Shown here: positions 1-35,778 of the stretch, in pieces
How the letters are laid out: every line of letters starts with the position of its first letter
Position numbering within the stretch: position 1 is the first letter of the stretch
Source of the DNA: the human T2T-CHM13v2.0 reference genome, Homo sapiens
DNA length: 64,000 bases
Assembly: GCF_009914755.1 (NCBI RefSeq)
Contig: NC_060925.1
Reading direction: 5' to 3' (one strand)
The notes under the pieces: model-generated
The model's database searches: none
Told to the model about the DNA's origin: nothing
The model's input: the letters and a program-made list of their open reading frames with translations, nothing else
Made by a program: the position numbers and the translations under genes

Positions 1-1850
<1,850 letters not shown>

Positions 1851-1959
1851 AATAAAAATAATAGGACTTCTTTGCCAACAGGACACTTAAAAGTCTGCAC
1901 AAAGAGATAGGATCACTTAAAAATTCTAACATGCTCTTTAATTTGTATTAACAATTTAA

Positions 1960-2420
1960 CCAGAGGCTCCAAACTAGTAGTCTGTAGGCCACACTTGGCT
2001 TGTAGTAGATGTGTCTTACAGGGACTAATATGTTTTTCAAAAATTAAACAAACATTAAACAGTTGGCTGTATATAAAATCCACATTTCTAGCTTCTCTCT
2101 TTTTTTTTTTTGAGATGGAGTTTCACTCTTGTTGCCCAGGCTGGAGTGCAAGGGCGTGATCTTGGCTCACTGAAACCTCCTGGGTTCAAGTGATTCTCCT
2201 GCCTCAGCCTCCCAAGTAGCTGGGATTATAAGTGCCTGCCACCACACATGGCTAATTTTTTTTGTATTTTTAGTAGAGACAGGGTTTTACCATGTTGACC
2301 AGGCTGGTCTCAAACTCCTGAACTGAGGTGATCTGTCCGCCTTGGACTCCCAAAGTGCTGGGATTACAGATGTGAGCCCTGCCTTTAGCTTCTCTTGAAA
2401 ATCTGATCTAGCAAATCTAA
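1960..2420. mobile_element. hAT-Charlie (MER102-like) remnant interrupted by an antisense Alu (~2100-2384)
   Basis: TAAAATCCACATTTCTAGCTTCTCT...TGAAAATCTG resembles MER102; TAGCTTCTCT repeated on both sides of the Alu. Confidence 0.5.
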
Positions 2421-3095
2421 CAAATGGGACTCATGTAAGTTAGTCATATGTAGGTCTCATTCACAATGATGGAAACCTTAGTAATTAGAGCTGTGTGAAA
2501 TGAAATGGGTTGCTTTTGTAATAATATATTATCACTGGTAGTACTCAGACATAGGTTATAGGTCAGGGAAATAGAACAATGATTCAGAGTATCAGAGGAG
2601 AGATCAGACTAATAATCTAAATCTATTCTGATTCAGCCTATGGATTCTGTTTGATAAAGTGGGAAGTTATATGGAATAAGCAGAATGAGATTCTCTACGC
2701 ATTTATTCCTCCCCAATTCATTACATTTGGAGTGAAGATATGGTTAGAAGAGACATCATACACTATTACTGCCAGCGTTTCTGGTTTTCAAATCAAAGCC
2801 TAAAGGGCAGACCCTAAAGCCTTAGGTATTATTCGTTCTTGAAGCCAAGTTTCAGAAATACGTTGCTTTCCTTCTTGAATGAGTAGTAGAGGAGAAAACA
2901 AAAATAAAACAATTAAAAAAGAATTACTTTGCTTTCCAAATATACTTGAGTGTTCTCTTCAAGGACAATGAAAATTATGTAAGTGCTCATTTTACTTTAT
3001 TTTGGATGACGGGTAGCTGACATGCCAAAATGCCACTCTGTTTTAATAATTAAGTGGTTCTTTGGGTTCTGTTTACTGCATTCATCTTCCCCCAC

Positions 3096-4635
<1,540 letters not shown>

Positions 4636-5409
4636 CTAAGAGAAAAATTGGGAGAGGATGGTGTTACTAGAATCATGAATAGAGTTTCAGGAAGGCAAAG
4701 GTGATCATCAGTGACAAATTAGAAAGCTGAATGCAATGACTACTGAGTGGGTCACTGGATTTAACAGTCTAAACTGGCTTTTTCTGAGGTATTTGTGTCT
4801 TGTGTCCTGTAGTTTTTATAATGGATGGTTTTAGTTTAATTTTCACATGAATTCTGGAGGAAATCGTGGTTTCTGGGTTTTTAGTAAGAAATTCTTCTGT
4901 AGTCTGCTTTTGGAGGGTCTGCTTCACTCCAGTCACAAGGAAGGTTTCTTTGCTATATACTCCTTTACTTACCTATCTGGCAAACACTTATTAAATAGCT
5001 GTTGTGGCTAGGCCTTGTGTCTGGAACAACGTATATGCTCGATGAGTATATAATAAATATTTGAATGGTGATTCACTCGACAAATATTTGTTGTAGATGC
5101 CGGGGATACAACAACTCTGCCTTTGTGGAACTTAACATCCTATGGAGAGCAGATGGATTGGAATTAGTATAATGAAAGAAAGAAAACAGGTGTTCTGACA
5201 AAAATAGGGTAACTTACTTTGGGTTAGGGTAATGGGGAAGGACCCAGCAATTCCAAGAGCTAAGGAAAAGCGTTGAAGGCAAAAAGAACAGGAAGTGCAA
5301 AGGCTATGTAGTAGGAAACAGTATGAAGCACACAGCATCACCTATATATATTCTTGGCCAACAATTACTATATATATATGTTTTTTTCTCCATCTATAAC
5401 CCAGCAACA

Positions 5410-6540
<1,131 letters not shown>

Positions 6541-7238
6541 GAAAAAATAGTTCGGCTATTCTTGAGAACTGAGAAATGGGGCAGTAGCTAAGGGAAAATG
6601 AATGAAAAAATGCACTCACAAGTGTCTGGTTCTCAGTACAAGGAATCACAGGTGAGATTCCTAGAACTGTTCCTACAGTGTGTTTTTAGCTGGCAGAGTT
6701 ACAACAATACCCAAATTTTGTCATCAACTTTATATTAATTTACAGTAAATAACTAATAGGTAGACCAGTAAGAAGACAGCAAAATTTAAGCCATCTTTGA
6801 TGTTTTCTTATGGCATCTTTGGTAAGAAACTGGGCCAGGTAAGATTTGGAAGAACATCTGTGAAATCTTTGGATTTATTATTGTGTCTATCACTTGTGTA
6901 TTGTGGGTTATCTTCTCACCCATCACATCCCAGCATCATGGCTGGCTTTACTTGCTTTGGGGGAATTAATCCTGATGTTGTAGGTGTTAGTCCATACATG
7001 TACTTCAGGTTTGTGGTTGGTTGGATCTGTGGTCTAGGGTGAGAATTCATTGTATTAATAAAAGGAAAACTTGTACTGTGAAGGTGAGTTCCTATGAAAA
7101 TCTGGTATGGTGGTGGAGGGGAGGCTCAACAGTCAATTGGCCTGAGTTTAAAATGTTTATGAATCTCAAAATGTTAAACATACCAGTGATTAAATGGAGC
7201 ACTATGGCAATCTTGCTACTCACTAATGTGTGACCTGA

Positions 7239-7600
<362 letters not shown>

Positions 7601-7766
7601 TGAATCTTAACCTTTCTTATTACAGGCGTGTCCTTGTGTCTCATGAAAGCAGTTTACTTCGATTGTCGCCTTTGCCGAGGTCTAAAGACAAGGCTTAATT
7701 AACTTGAATTTGATATCAGACACTGGCAGGAGTCGGTGCCTTATTTAGATTAGGTAATTAGGGCCT

Positions 7767-8428
<662 letters not shown>

Positions 8429-8945
8429 AGGCCCCTACCTATTTTGTATTATCATTGCTAGCTCTTTGGTTTTAAAAGCTTAGAAAGTGCATGGCAACAT
8501 TAGACATTCCCTAGAAATGAAAGGTGTGACTTCAGAGACCTATTCACTTTGAGAGAGTTCCTTGACTAAGAAAACCCAAAGACAGTCTAGGACAGCCAGA
8601 TGCTAGAAAAGTTTATTTGTATTGTGAATTTTAAAAAATTCATCCACAGCAAGTAAGGGAGTACATAATGGAAAAAGCCGCTGGCGTGCTGGATCCCTGA
8701 GATTCCAGATGTGCTTGTGCAGATGTTCCTCCTTCCAATCTAACCTCCCTTGTCTGCTTCCCCAGTGAAGTCATAAGCAAATATTTGTGATAGTTTCTTG
8801 TCACCATGGTGACTAAAGAAGCTCAGCATGGCTCTCCTCCCAGCTTCACTGTCAGCTGTGCTTGAAGGAGAGGCTAGCGTCCAGGACAGCCCAGGCTCAG
8901 TCATGAAAAGCTATGTGTCAGGTAATAGGGGACAGCAGTTCATAG

Positions 8946-9498
<553 letters not shown>

Positions 9499-9499
9499 T

Positions 9500-20163
<10,664 letters not shown>

Positions 20164-20485
20164 TTACAGGAGCTTGTCCAAGGTTGCACAGCTAACAAGT
20201 AGAAGGGTCAGGATGTGAACCCAGACAATCTGTCTCTAGGGCCCACACTTTTAACTACTAAGCTTATACCAATTGCTTTAATACCACCTGTTTAGCAAGC
20301 TTATTGTAATTAAAAGATACTGGGGCTGGGGGGTGGGTAGAGATGTCAGGTGCTATTGAGAGCTCCCAGAGAGCTGTATTCCCCCCAGAGTAGGGGAGGG
20401 TGAAGGGTGGGTAGGGATAGAAGTCTAGTGAAAAGGAAATGCTGTCCTCTCAAGAGTTTTTGGCAGTGTGTATCTTTTCTTCTAG

Positions 20486-20619
20486 AGACCATGGCGAGCC
20501 CAGGGAAAGACAATTATCGAATGAAGAGCTATAAGAACAATGCTCTAAACCCTGAAGAAATGAGACGAAGAAGAGAGGAAGAGGGCATTCAGCTCCGGAA
20601 GCAGAAGCGAGAGCAACAA
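20486..20619 (+). CDS. KPNA6: Importin alpha-7 coding exon 2 (IBB domain start, (E)[44 protein letters not shown])
   Basis: ttcttctag acceptor, CAA|gtgagt donor; RRRR IBB motif; phase 1 start implies ATG-G in an exon 1 upstream of the window; in-frame ACCATGG at 20491. Confidence 0.97.
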
Positions 20620-20671
20620 GTGAGTTAATGGGAGTATTCTCAAACATACTATTCTGGGAAACAAGCCCCTA

Positions 20672-22092
<1,421 letters not shown>

Positions 22093-22123
22093 AGTCCTTG
22101 AATATCTTTTCCATGTTAGTAAT

Positions 22124-22619
22124 CAATAGTCTCCTCTTCTCTTTGTGGAATACATTCCAGGACCCACAGTGGATGCCTGAAACTGCAGATATTACTGAAC
22201 CTTACATATACTATGTTTTTTTTCATGTTTTCATCTTTTTACTTAAAGGAAGCACTTTACAGCTTCTCTTTGGCACATTTGAATTGCCAGCATCACTACT
22301 CTTGCACTTTGTGGCTATTACTAAGTAAAATAAGGGTTACTTGAACACAAGCAATTGCCACCTGATAACCAAGTTGGTTATTAAGTGACTAACTGGCAGC
22401 AGCGTATACAGCATGGAATGGATGCACTGGACAAAGGATGTTCACATCCTGGGCCAGACAGAACAAGATAGCGTGAAACTTCAACACTACTCAGAATGGC
22501 ATGCAATTTAAAACTTATGAATTGTTCATTTCTGGAATTTTCTGTGTAATATTTTCAGACCACGGTTGACTGGATAACTAAAATAATAGAAAGCAAAACT
22601 GAATAAGGGGAGACTAATG
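22124..22619 (+). mobile_element. Second MER44 (Tigger7-derived) copy
   Basis: CCCACAGTGGATGCCTGAAACTGCAGAT; GCAATTTAAAACTTATGAATTGTT; GAATAAGGGGAGACTA end; homologous to 9853-10352. Confidence 0.85.
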
Positions 22620-22749
22620 TATAAAGCTTGGCCTCACTTCTCAGCTACTCTAGTATATCCTTGTCAGTTATGCCATAATTTAACATTGGATTGTTCTTTG
22701 TTTTCTTTGGTTCAGAGAGTACTCTTAACCACTGTCTCTTTACTTTCAG

Positions 22750-22842
22750 CTTTTTAAACGGAGAAATGTGGAGCTGATTAATGAAGAAGCTGCCATGTTC
22801 GATAGTCTTCTCATGGACTCTTATGTGAGCTCTACCACTGGG
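22750..22842 (+). CDS. KPNA6: Importin alpha-7 exon 3 ([31 protein letters not shown])
   Basis: tttcag acceptor, GGG|gtaagg donor; KRRNV autoinhibitory motif; 93 nt. Confidence 0.97.
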
Positions 22843-23242
22843 GTAAGGCCCCTGCATGTGCCTCAGGCTGACCTGGAAAACACCTGCTTCTAAGGACAGA
22901 AATTGGGCCGTTCACATCATCTACCAGCTTTGCCAGTAACCATGACAAGTTCTTTCCTCTGTGGACCCTTTCGTCAGCTTTAGGAGTCAACAAAGATTCA
23001 ACTTTGTTAGATATATCTGAGGAAACATTTAAGAGAAGCCATCAGTTGCCTCAGAATTAGGAATCACTTTTCAAATGTCCCAACTTGAAGCACCTATAGA
23101 TTAAACAGACCCCTTCTCCTGAGCCTATTATGCCATCCTCTTGCCCTCAGTTTTTTAGAAAACAGGATGCCAAGCAGTATTATGTGCTCACATCTGGCTC
23201 TAATGTTGGTTTGCAAAGTCCTAAACTTGTTTTATGTTCTAG

Positions 23243-23342
23243 GAGAGTGTGATCACAAGAGAGATGGTGGAGATGCTCTTTTCTGATGATTCTGACCTGC
23301 AGTTAGCAACCACACAGAAATTCCGGAAACTGCTCTCCAAAG
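23243..23342 (+). CDS. KPNA6: Importin alpha-7 exon 4 ([33 protein letters not shown])
   Basis: ttctag / AAG|gtacaa; 100 nt; frame continuous. Confidence 0.96.
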
Positions 23343-23419
23343 GTACAAAGCCTGGCCCTTGTCAGAGAGGCCTTATATGATTTAGCCTCTTTTCTCTTCA
23401 CTGATGTCATCAACTTACA

Positions 23420-23790
23420 CGTGCCCTCACTCATTCTGCTCTAGCCCTACTGACCTTGGTGTTGCTTGTACAAGATAGACACATTGCTACCTTCACACTG
23501 GATACTTCCTCTGCCTGATGTCCTCTATTCCCAGATATCTTTGTAGCAACTCCCTTACTCCTATGATTAAATCCCACCTTCAACAGTTTTATCTTTTTAC
23601 CTTGCCCTACATATTCTCCTCCTCTCCCCCCATTATATTTATCTTCTAACATAATAAAATGACTCTTCCCACTAGGATATAAACTCTCTGAGGGCAGAGA
23701 CTTTTGTTTTTGTTCCCTCCTGTGTCCTCTGTACCTAGAACTGTGTGGCACACCATAGGTACTTAATAAAAAAATTTAATGTATGATTGG
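23420..23790 (+). mobile_element. L2 3' fragment
   Basis: ACTAGGATATAAACTCTCTGAGGGCAGAGACTTTTG...CCTAGAACTGTGTGGCACACCATAGGTACTTAATAAA. Confidence 0.7.
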
Positions 23791-24163
23791 AAAAATACCT
23801 CTTGTTTCAGTATATCAAATAGTCTTCCCAAGAAGAGAGTACTGGTCTTTCTTGAAAGGGAAATGTGCAGACCATGGTTGTTCATCCCTTAGGTGGTTCT
23901 CTCTCCCACACCTTTCTTTGCTTACATTTAGTAAGCCAAAGATGAACATTCTTAAATTAGGATTGGCTTTACTCTTTAACATTCCAGCTGTATTATACAG
24001 TTCAAAGACGAGTAGATATTGTTAAAACCACCTTACCAGAAGGGAGTTTGGGAATGTTTGTAAGGGTGGTCAGAAGTGTCTAAGAAGGATTGCAAGCTGA
24101 CCCCCATGAAGGGATCAGCAAAAGCTTCTCCTGTGTTTTTATTTTCCCTTCTCCCTTATCCAG

Positions 24164-24258
24164 AGCCTAGTCCTCCAATAGATGAAGTTATCAACACTCC
24201 AAGAGTGGTGGATCGGTTCGTGGAGTTTCTGAAGAGGAATGAGAATTGTACATTACAG
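24164..24258 (+). CDS. KPNA6: Importin alpha-7 exon 5 ([32 protein letters not shown])
   Basis: atccag / CAG|gtgagg; ARM repeat; matches ORF 24076..24342. Confidence 0.97.
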
Positions 24259-24281
24259 GTGAGGCCTGAAGGGAAGGGGTT

Positions 24282-24588
24282 TGTTTTGTCTTTTAATTTT
24301 TGGGGGATACATAGTAGGTATATATATTTATGGGATACATGAGATGTTTTGACACAGGCATGCAATTTGAAATAAGCAAATCATGGAGAATGGGGTATCC
24401 ATTTCCTCAAGCATTTATCCTTTAAGTTACAAACAATCCAATTATACACTTTAAGTTATTTTAAATTGTGTAGTTATTATTGACTATAGTCACCCTATTG
24501 TGTTACCAAATAGTAGGTCTTATTAATTCTTTCTGGGTTTTTTTGTACCCATTACTTATCCCCATCCCACCCCCAGTCCCCCACTACT
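24282..24588 (-). mobile_element. 5'-truncated L1MA 3' end with 11-bp TSD
   Basis: ATGGAGAATGGGGTATCCAT...TTACAAACAATCCAATTATACAC; GGGAAGGGGTT at 24271-24281 and 24589-24599. Confidence 0.85.
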
Positions 24589-25296
24589 GGGAAGGGGTTA
24601 TTAGATGAAAGCCCTACTTCCAAGAAATTGCAGTGGGATACTTCTATTGACATATCTCTCAGGAAGTTCAAAAGTAATGTTAGGAAACATTCAGGAGAAA
24701 CCATCAGTTCCCTCACAGCCAGAATCTCTTCCTTAAAACAATTTCAAAGGAAAGGCACCAGACTATGATAGACTGATCATTCAGTTATAAATCAGAGGCT
24801 ATAGTCCACTACCTGTGTGACCTGAGGCAAATTGTTTAGCCTCTCTGGGTCTCTTGTTTCAGAGATGGGTGATGGGTCAATCCATTGGAACTTGCCAGAA
24901 CTCAGCTGAAAGGGACTTTGAGAGACCCATTTCATTCTAATCCTCATTTCAGAAATGAAGAAAGTGAAGCTCAGGAAATAAAAGAGTGACCTGGCAAAGG
25001 ATGCATGGGTGTTGTGGTAGTGCAGGACTAAACCTGGGACCCTGGAAGCCCAATGTCTTATTCTCATCTATATCACATCACTGCATCTTCCCACTCTCTA
25101 AAGACGGGAGGGGAAAGGCTTGTATTTTATGTGTGTGTGTTTTAAATTCGTGGGCAAGAGGCTTGCTTGTGTTTTGTGAGGTTTTGTTTTGGTTTTTTAA
25201 ATTCATGGGCAGGAGGCTTACTGTTCTGAGCCAGCTGATAGGCATGGCTGCTCAGTCTGAAATGACCTTTCAATCATTGCTTAATCTCACTTTCAG

Positions 25297-25428
25297 TTTG
25301 AAGCTGCCTGGGCTCTAACGAATATTGCCTCTGGAACCTCTCAGCAGACCAAAATTGTCATTGAAGCAGGGGCTGTCCCCATTTTTATAGAGCTGCTTAA
25401 TTCAGACTTTGAGGATGTTCAGGAACAG
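25297..25428 (+). CDS. KPNA6: Importin alpha-7 exon 6 ([13 protein letters not shown]...EDVQEQ)
   Basis: tttcag / CAG|gtaatg; WxxxN ARM motif; 132 nt. Confidence 0.97.
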
Positions 25429-25464
25429 GTAATGCTTAGATTTGGTGTGATTCTTTATAGTACC

Positions 25465-25765
25465 TGTGGTATAATAAAAAATATATTTGGTCTTTGTCCT
25501 GGTTCTTGGCACAGTGTTAAAACTCTTGGAATTTCCTGAGTGATAGGGGTGTCAAGTACAGATGGCCCCTGGGACTTGCAACTGGTATCTCAAGTTGGGG
25601 CAGTCTTGTGGGACTAACCTGCGGACTCTGCATTAACTCTAGGTGTTAGAGTCAGAATTGAATTAAATCGTTGGACACATGGTTGGTATCAGAGAATGGG
25701 TGGTTGATGTGGAAAAAACTCTATACATTTGTTGTTGGAAGTGCCATTGGAAAAAAGACACCACA
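25465..25765. mobile_element. Internally deleted ERV solo LTR (MER21-like)
   Basis: TGTGGT...ACCACA termini; 5-bp TSD GTACC (25460-25464, 25766-25770); GGGGCAGTCTTGTGGGACT and GTCAGAATTGAATT motifs. Confidence 0.75.
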
Positions 25766-25914
25766 GTACCCATATCTGAGTACCCACAAATCATGGAGAT
25801 AAAGATACAACTTCCATTTCTCCCATTGAATTCTTACTAGTTGGATAGAATTGGAGAGTGGTAGTGGGCTCTTTTATAGACTTGGTCCAAGGCAGCTACA
25901 AGAGTGCAACTTTC

Positions 25915-27058
<1,144 letters not shown>

Positions 27059-27843
27059 GATTGTGCCACCCATCTGCCAAAAAGGATCTTGTTCCTCACT
27101 TCATGGCACTGCAGAACCTCATGTTAGTCATATCCTCATATCCTCCTCATTGTTGAGCCAGGGGAGAGAGGCAGGACTAGCCCACCTGGAAAAATCCAAC
27201 CTTCTCTACAAAATGCATTGATTTGTTATGGGGTTTTGCATACATACATCGGACAGCTCTGTCGTAAATTATAGATCAAAGACCCCGTGAAGCGTCATTG
27301 TATCCTTCTCCCATCCTTCCCTCCGTACCCTTAGAGTAAACTATGCCTAAACCAAAACAGATGAATGAACTGTTCTTCAGAGACCACAGTCTCATAGCCT
27401 ACCACTGTCACTTTCTTGGACCCTTCACAGAAAATTATTCCATACTGTGTGGCTAAAGCTCTCACAGTAGACCTATAGCTTTTATTTCTTAGACTTTTAG
27501 CTTTTATTTCCAGAGAACACCATTCCTTGTCCTGGACTTGTGGCCAGGGTTATGGGCATGATATATCCCACTTTAGAAGCTTTACAGGCTTACTCCAGAT
27601 CTAGCCCTCTGTTTCGTCCCTATTATCTATGGTATTAACTAGCCACAGCTGGTCCTGAAATGAATACTCTGTATAGAGGCTGGCCTCCTAACCTATACCA
27701 GCTCTATTAACTTAGGTCTGTGAGTAGGAAGAAACAGGCTGCTAGAGTCTGAGAGGTCTCATTGGATTTGTCTCTGGGTTCATTGGCAACAGTCCTATGC
27801 CAAGGCCTCAGTGCTCAGGATCTGGCTTTGCTGTTTCCTTCAG

Positions 27844-27943
27844 ACTCCTTACCAAGTCCACACGACTGACGATGACACGGAATGCAGTCTGGGCCCTGTC
27901 AAATCTCTGCCGAGGGAAAAACCCACCCCCAGAGTTTGCAAAG
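27844..27943 (+). CDS. KPNA6: Importin alpha-7 exon 8 ([33 protein letters not shown])
   Basis: cttcag / AAG|gtgaga; 100 nt. Confidence 0.97.
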
Positions 27944-28257
27944 GTGAGAGAGCTACTTACTAGACCCTGAGTGACATCAGGTTCCTTCATATGGAGTTTT
28001 TAAGTCTTTGGGATACTCCTTGGAGTCTCAAATCATGGGAAACTGAAAGAAGCAATTGTTAGTGAAGTAGATGATCTTGTGTACCTGGATAGTAAAGTGA
28101 AAAGGTAGACCCAAATGTTTAATGTAGTAGCGATCCCTAGGGTCTGGAATTACTTGTGTGTGTGTATTGTGGGGGCGGTGGTTGCAATGTTAGGGTTCGT
28201 GATAGAGCTGATATAGTCTTGTTCCCCTGTGAGTCTTTCTCACTCTGCTTCCCACAG

Positions 28258-28421
28258 GTCTCTCCTTGTTTGCCTGTACTGTCTCGCCTACTCTTCAGCA
28301 GCGACTCGGACTTGCTGGCAGATGCTTGCTGGGCCCTTTCTTATCTGTCTGATGGCCCCAATGAGAAGATCCAGGCAGTCATAGACTCCGGAGTCTGCCG
28401 GAGATTGGTAGAGCTGCTGAT
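28258..28421 (+). CDS. KPNA6: Importin alpha-7 exon 9 ([12 protein letters not shown]...CRRLVELL)
   Basis: ccacag / GAT|gtgagt; [12 protein letters not shown] motif; 164 nt. Confidence 0.97.
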
Positions 28422-28451
28422 GTGAGTGGTCTTAGAAGGGGTACAGGTTCT

Positions 28452-29075
<624 letters not shown>

Positions 29076-29131
29076 TCAGCAGGGCCGAAAATGGTGTGCT
29101 GGCCTTCTGATCAGATCTCCCTCCTCTGTAG

Positions 29132-29210
29132 GCACAATGATTACAAAGTGGCTTCTCCTGCCCTGAGAGCCGTGGGTAACATCGTCACTGGGGATGACAT
29201 CCAGACCCAG
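29132..29210 (+). CDS. KPNA6: Importin alpha-7 exon 10 ([26 protein letters not shown])
   Basis: ctgtag / CAG|gtaaga; 79 nt. Confidence 0.97.
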
Positions 29211-29794
29211 GTAAGAAAGAGGAGGGTGCAGGATCTTAGACCAGCTATGGAAGAGCTTGTGGAGAGCTGCCAGTGGACAAAAGCCTTTCCTGCAAAGGGC
29301 TGTGGTCCTGATGGGAGGCACTATGGTCTAAGGAAGTAAGTGTGGGCTTGAGTGAAAAGTTCCAGCTCTGTTATTCTCTAAACAGTCATGGGAAACTTGG
29401 TTCCTTCTTTTCTTACATAAATTGGGAACAAATCATCGTCTAATGGGTGAAGGAAAACTAAGTGGAATAACTGGACTTACCACCTGGGACATTGTGAGTT
29501 AGTTAAGTTTGAGTCATGGTCCCTTTGAGATACTGAAAGCTATGGAACTCCACCCCTGCTTCCTAGATCTTTAAGGTCTCATGGATATCATGGACCTTGG
29601 AATAATCTTTTGTAAATAACCCTTCTGGTGAAGGCATAGTAAACAAAGTTCCCCTGCTCAAAGGCTAGAGATTTGGGTATTCTTTGGGTTTTGAGTAGCG
29701 AGCATAATTCTGTGGGATTCTGGACAGGTTTCTTAACAGGTGAGTAGTGTCACTCAAACACTCAAACCCACATGCTCATTTTCTGGGTTACTTT

Positions 29795-31995
<2,201 letters not shown>

Positions 31996-32001
31996 TTCTA
32001 G

Positions 32002-32127
32002 GTCATTCTTAACTGTTCAGCCCTACCTTGCCTTCTCCACTTGTTGAGCAGTCCCAAGGAGTCAATCCGGAAGGAAGCTTGCTGGACTATTTCAAATATT
32101 ACTGCTGGCAACAGGGCTCAAATACAG
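32002..32127 (+). CDS. KPNA6: Importin alpha-7 exon 11 ([42 protein letters not shown])
   Basis: gttctag / CAG|gtaaaa; 126 nt. Confidence 0.97.
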
Positions 32128-32241
32128 GTAAAACAGGCAGGGAAGTCAAGGGGCATGGGAAGTCATAGGAACTTGGGAGGTTGTTGGAATATTTGCTTTC
32201 AGAAGAAAGAATTTGTTTCCCTTTAAAAATAGGAGTCAATT

Positions 32242-32858
<617 letters not shown>

Positions 32859-33065
32859 TTGGAGTCAGTGTGTACTATTGGTCAAAGAAGCTGTGTAACC
32901 AAAACTGGGTTCTTCTGTAGTAGCCTGTCACCTATATAGGAAGAACAAAAGAAAACTCCCAGAATGGGGAAGATGTCTAAGTCTCAGCTGATTTGGGGAC
33001 TAGATTTATTTATCATGCTGAAATGACTTTCTCCTTCCATCTGCCTCCTCTCAATTCTCTCTCAG

Positions 33066-33193
33066 GCTGTTATAGATGCAAATATCTTCCCTGTGTTGAT
33101 CGAAATCCTTCAGAAAGCAGAGTTTCGTACAAGGAAAGAGGCAGCCTGGGCCATCACCAATGCCACATCAGGAGGAACCCCTGAGCAGATCAG
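33066..33193 (+). CDS. KPNA6: Importin alpha-7 exon 12 ([42 protein letters not shown])
   Basis: tctcag / CAG|gtatta; 128 nt. Confidence 0.97.
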
Positions 33194-33324
33194 GTATTAC
33201 ATTCCTTTCCCGTTGTCTTGAATGATAATGGATGCTCTCCCTGTTTGCTCATGGTTTACAGGTGACCTATAAACTGCTCTTGCTCAGACAGGTCTGCCCC
33301 CTAGTCTCACTGTAATAGAATTTT

Positions 33325-33426
33325 ACTGGTAAACTGCTACAGTGTCACTAGAATCTGGAATAGATTCCATGTAAGCCATGTGGGAATCTATTCCAGATTC
33401 CAGTGACACTATAACAGTTTACCAGT
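33325..33426. repeat. Near-perfect inverted repeat (44-bp arms, 14-nt spacer)
   Basis: 33325-33368 vs reverse complement of 33383-33426: 41/44 identical. Confidence 0.95.
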
Positions 33427-33567
33427 TTTCCCTTCTGGAGAAGAGAAACATGACATGGACATCCATCCTTTCTCTACCTTTTCTTATCCAACAGAGAACT
33501 GAAATCTATGTAGTTCTCAATTCAAATGAAGGGGAACCGTACTATGGGTTACTCAAAACAGTTTCTT

Positions 33568-35656
<2,089 letters not shown>

Positions 35657-35778
35657 TCACAATTCTTAAAAATAAAAAAATAAATTAGTAAGAGTGGGTT
35701 GCTGAGAGTTCAGAGCACCTGCCCAGCACTTCATGTGTCCTGTACTAGTTTAGCACTTGCCTGGTCTCTGGCCCCTAG

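Noticed and set aside
6790-7100. Unique-looking stretch with strong donors (CAG|gtaaga ~6839, AAG|gtgagt ~7084) and short ORFs
   Set aside because: No convincing acceptor or recognisable protein or pseudogene homology; isolated donor motifs are common in long introns.
8903-8914. ATGAAAAGCTAT (MKSY) resembles ATGAAGAGCTAT (MKSY) in exon 2 at 20521
   Set aside because: Only 12 nt with no flanking similarity; treated as coincidence, not exon duplication.
25141-25222. Imperfect ~27-bp repeat (period 55) upstream of exon 6
   Set aside because: Old local slippage duplication outside the branch and pyrimidine region, with no evident consequence.
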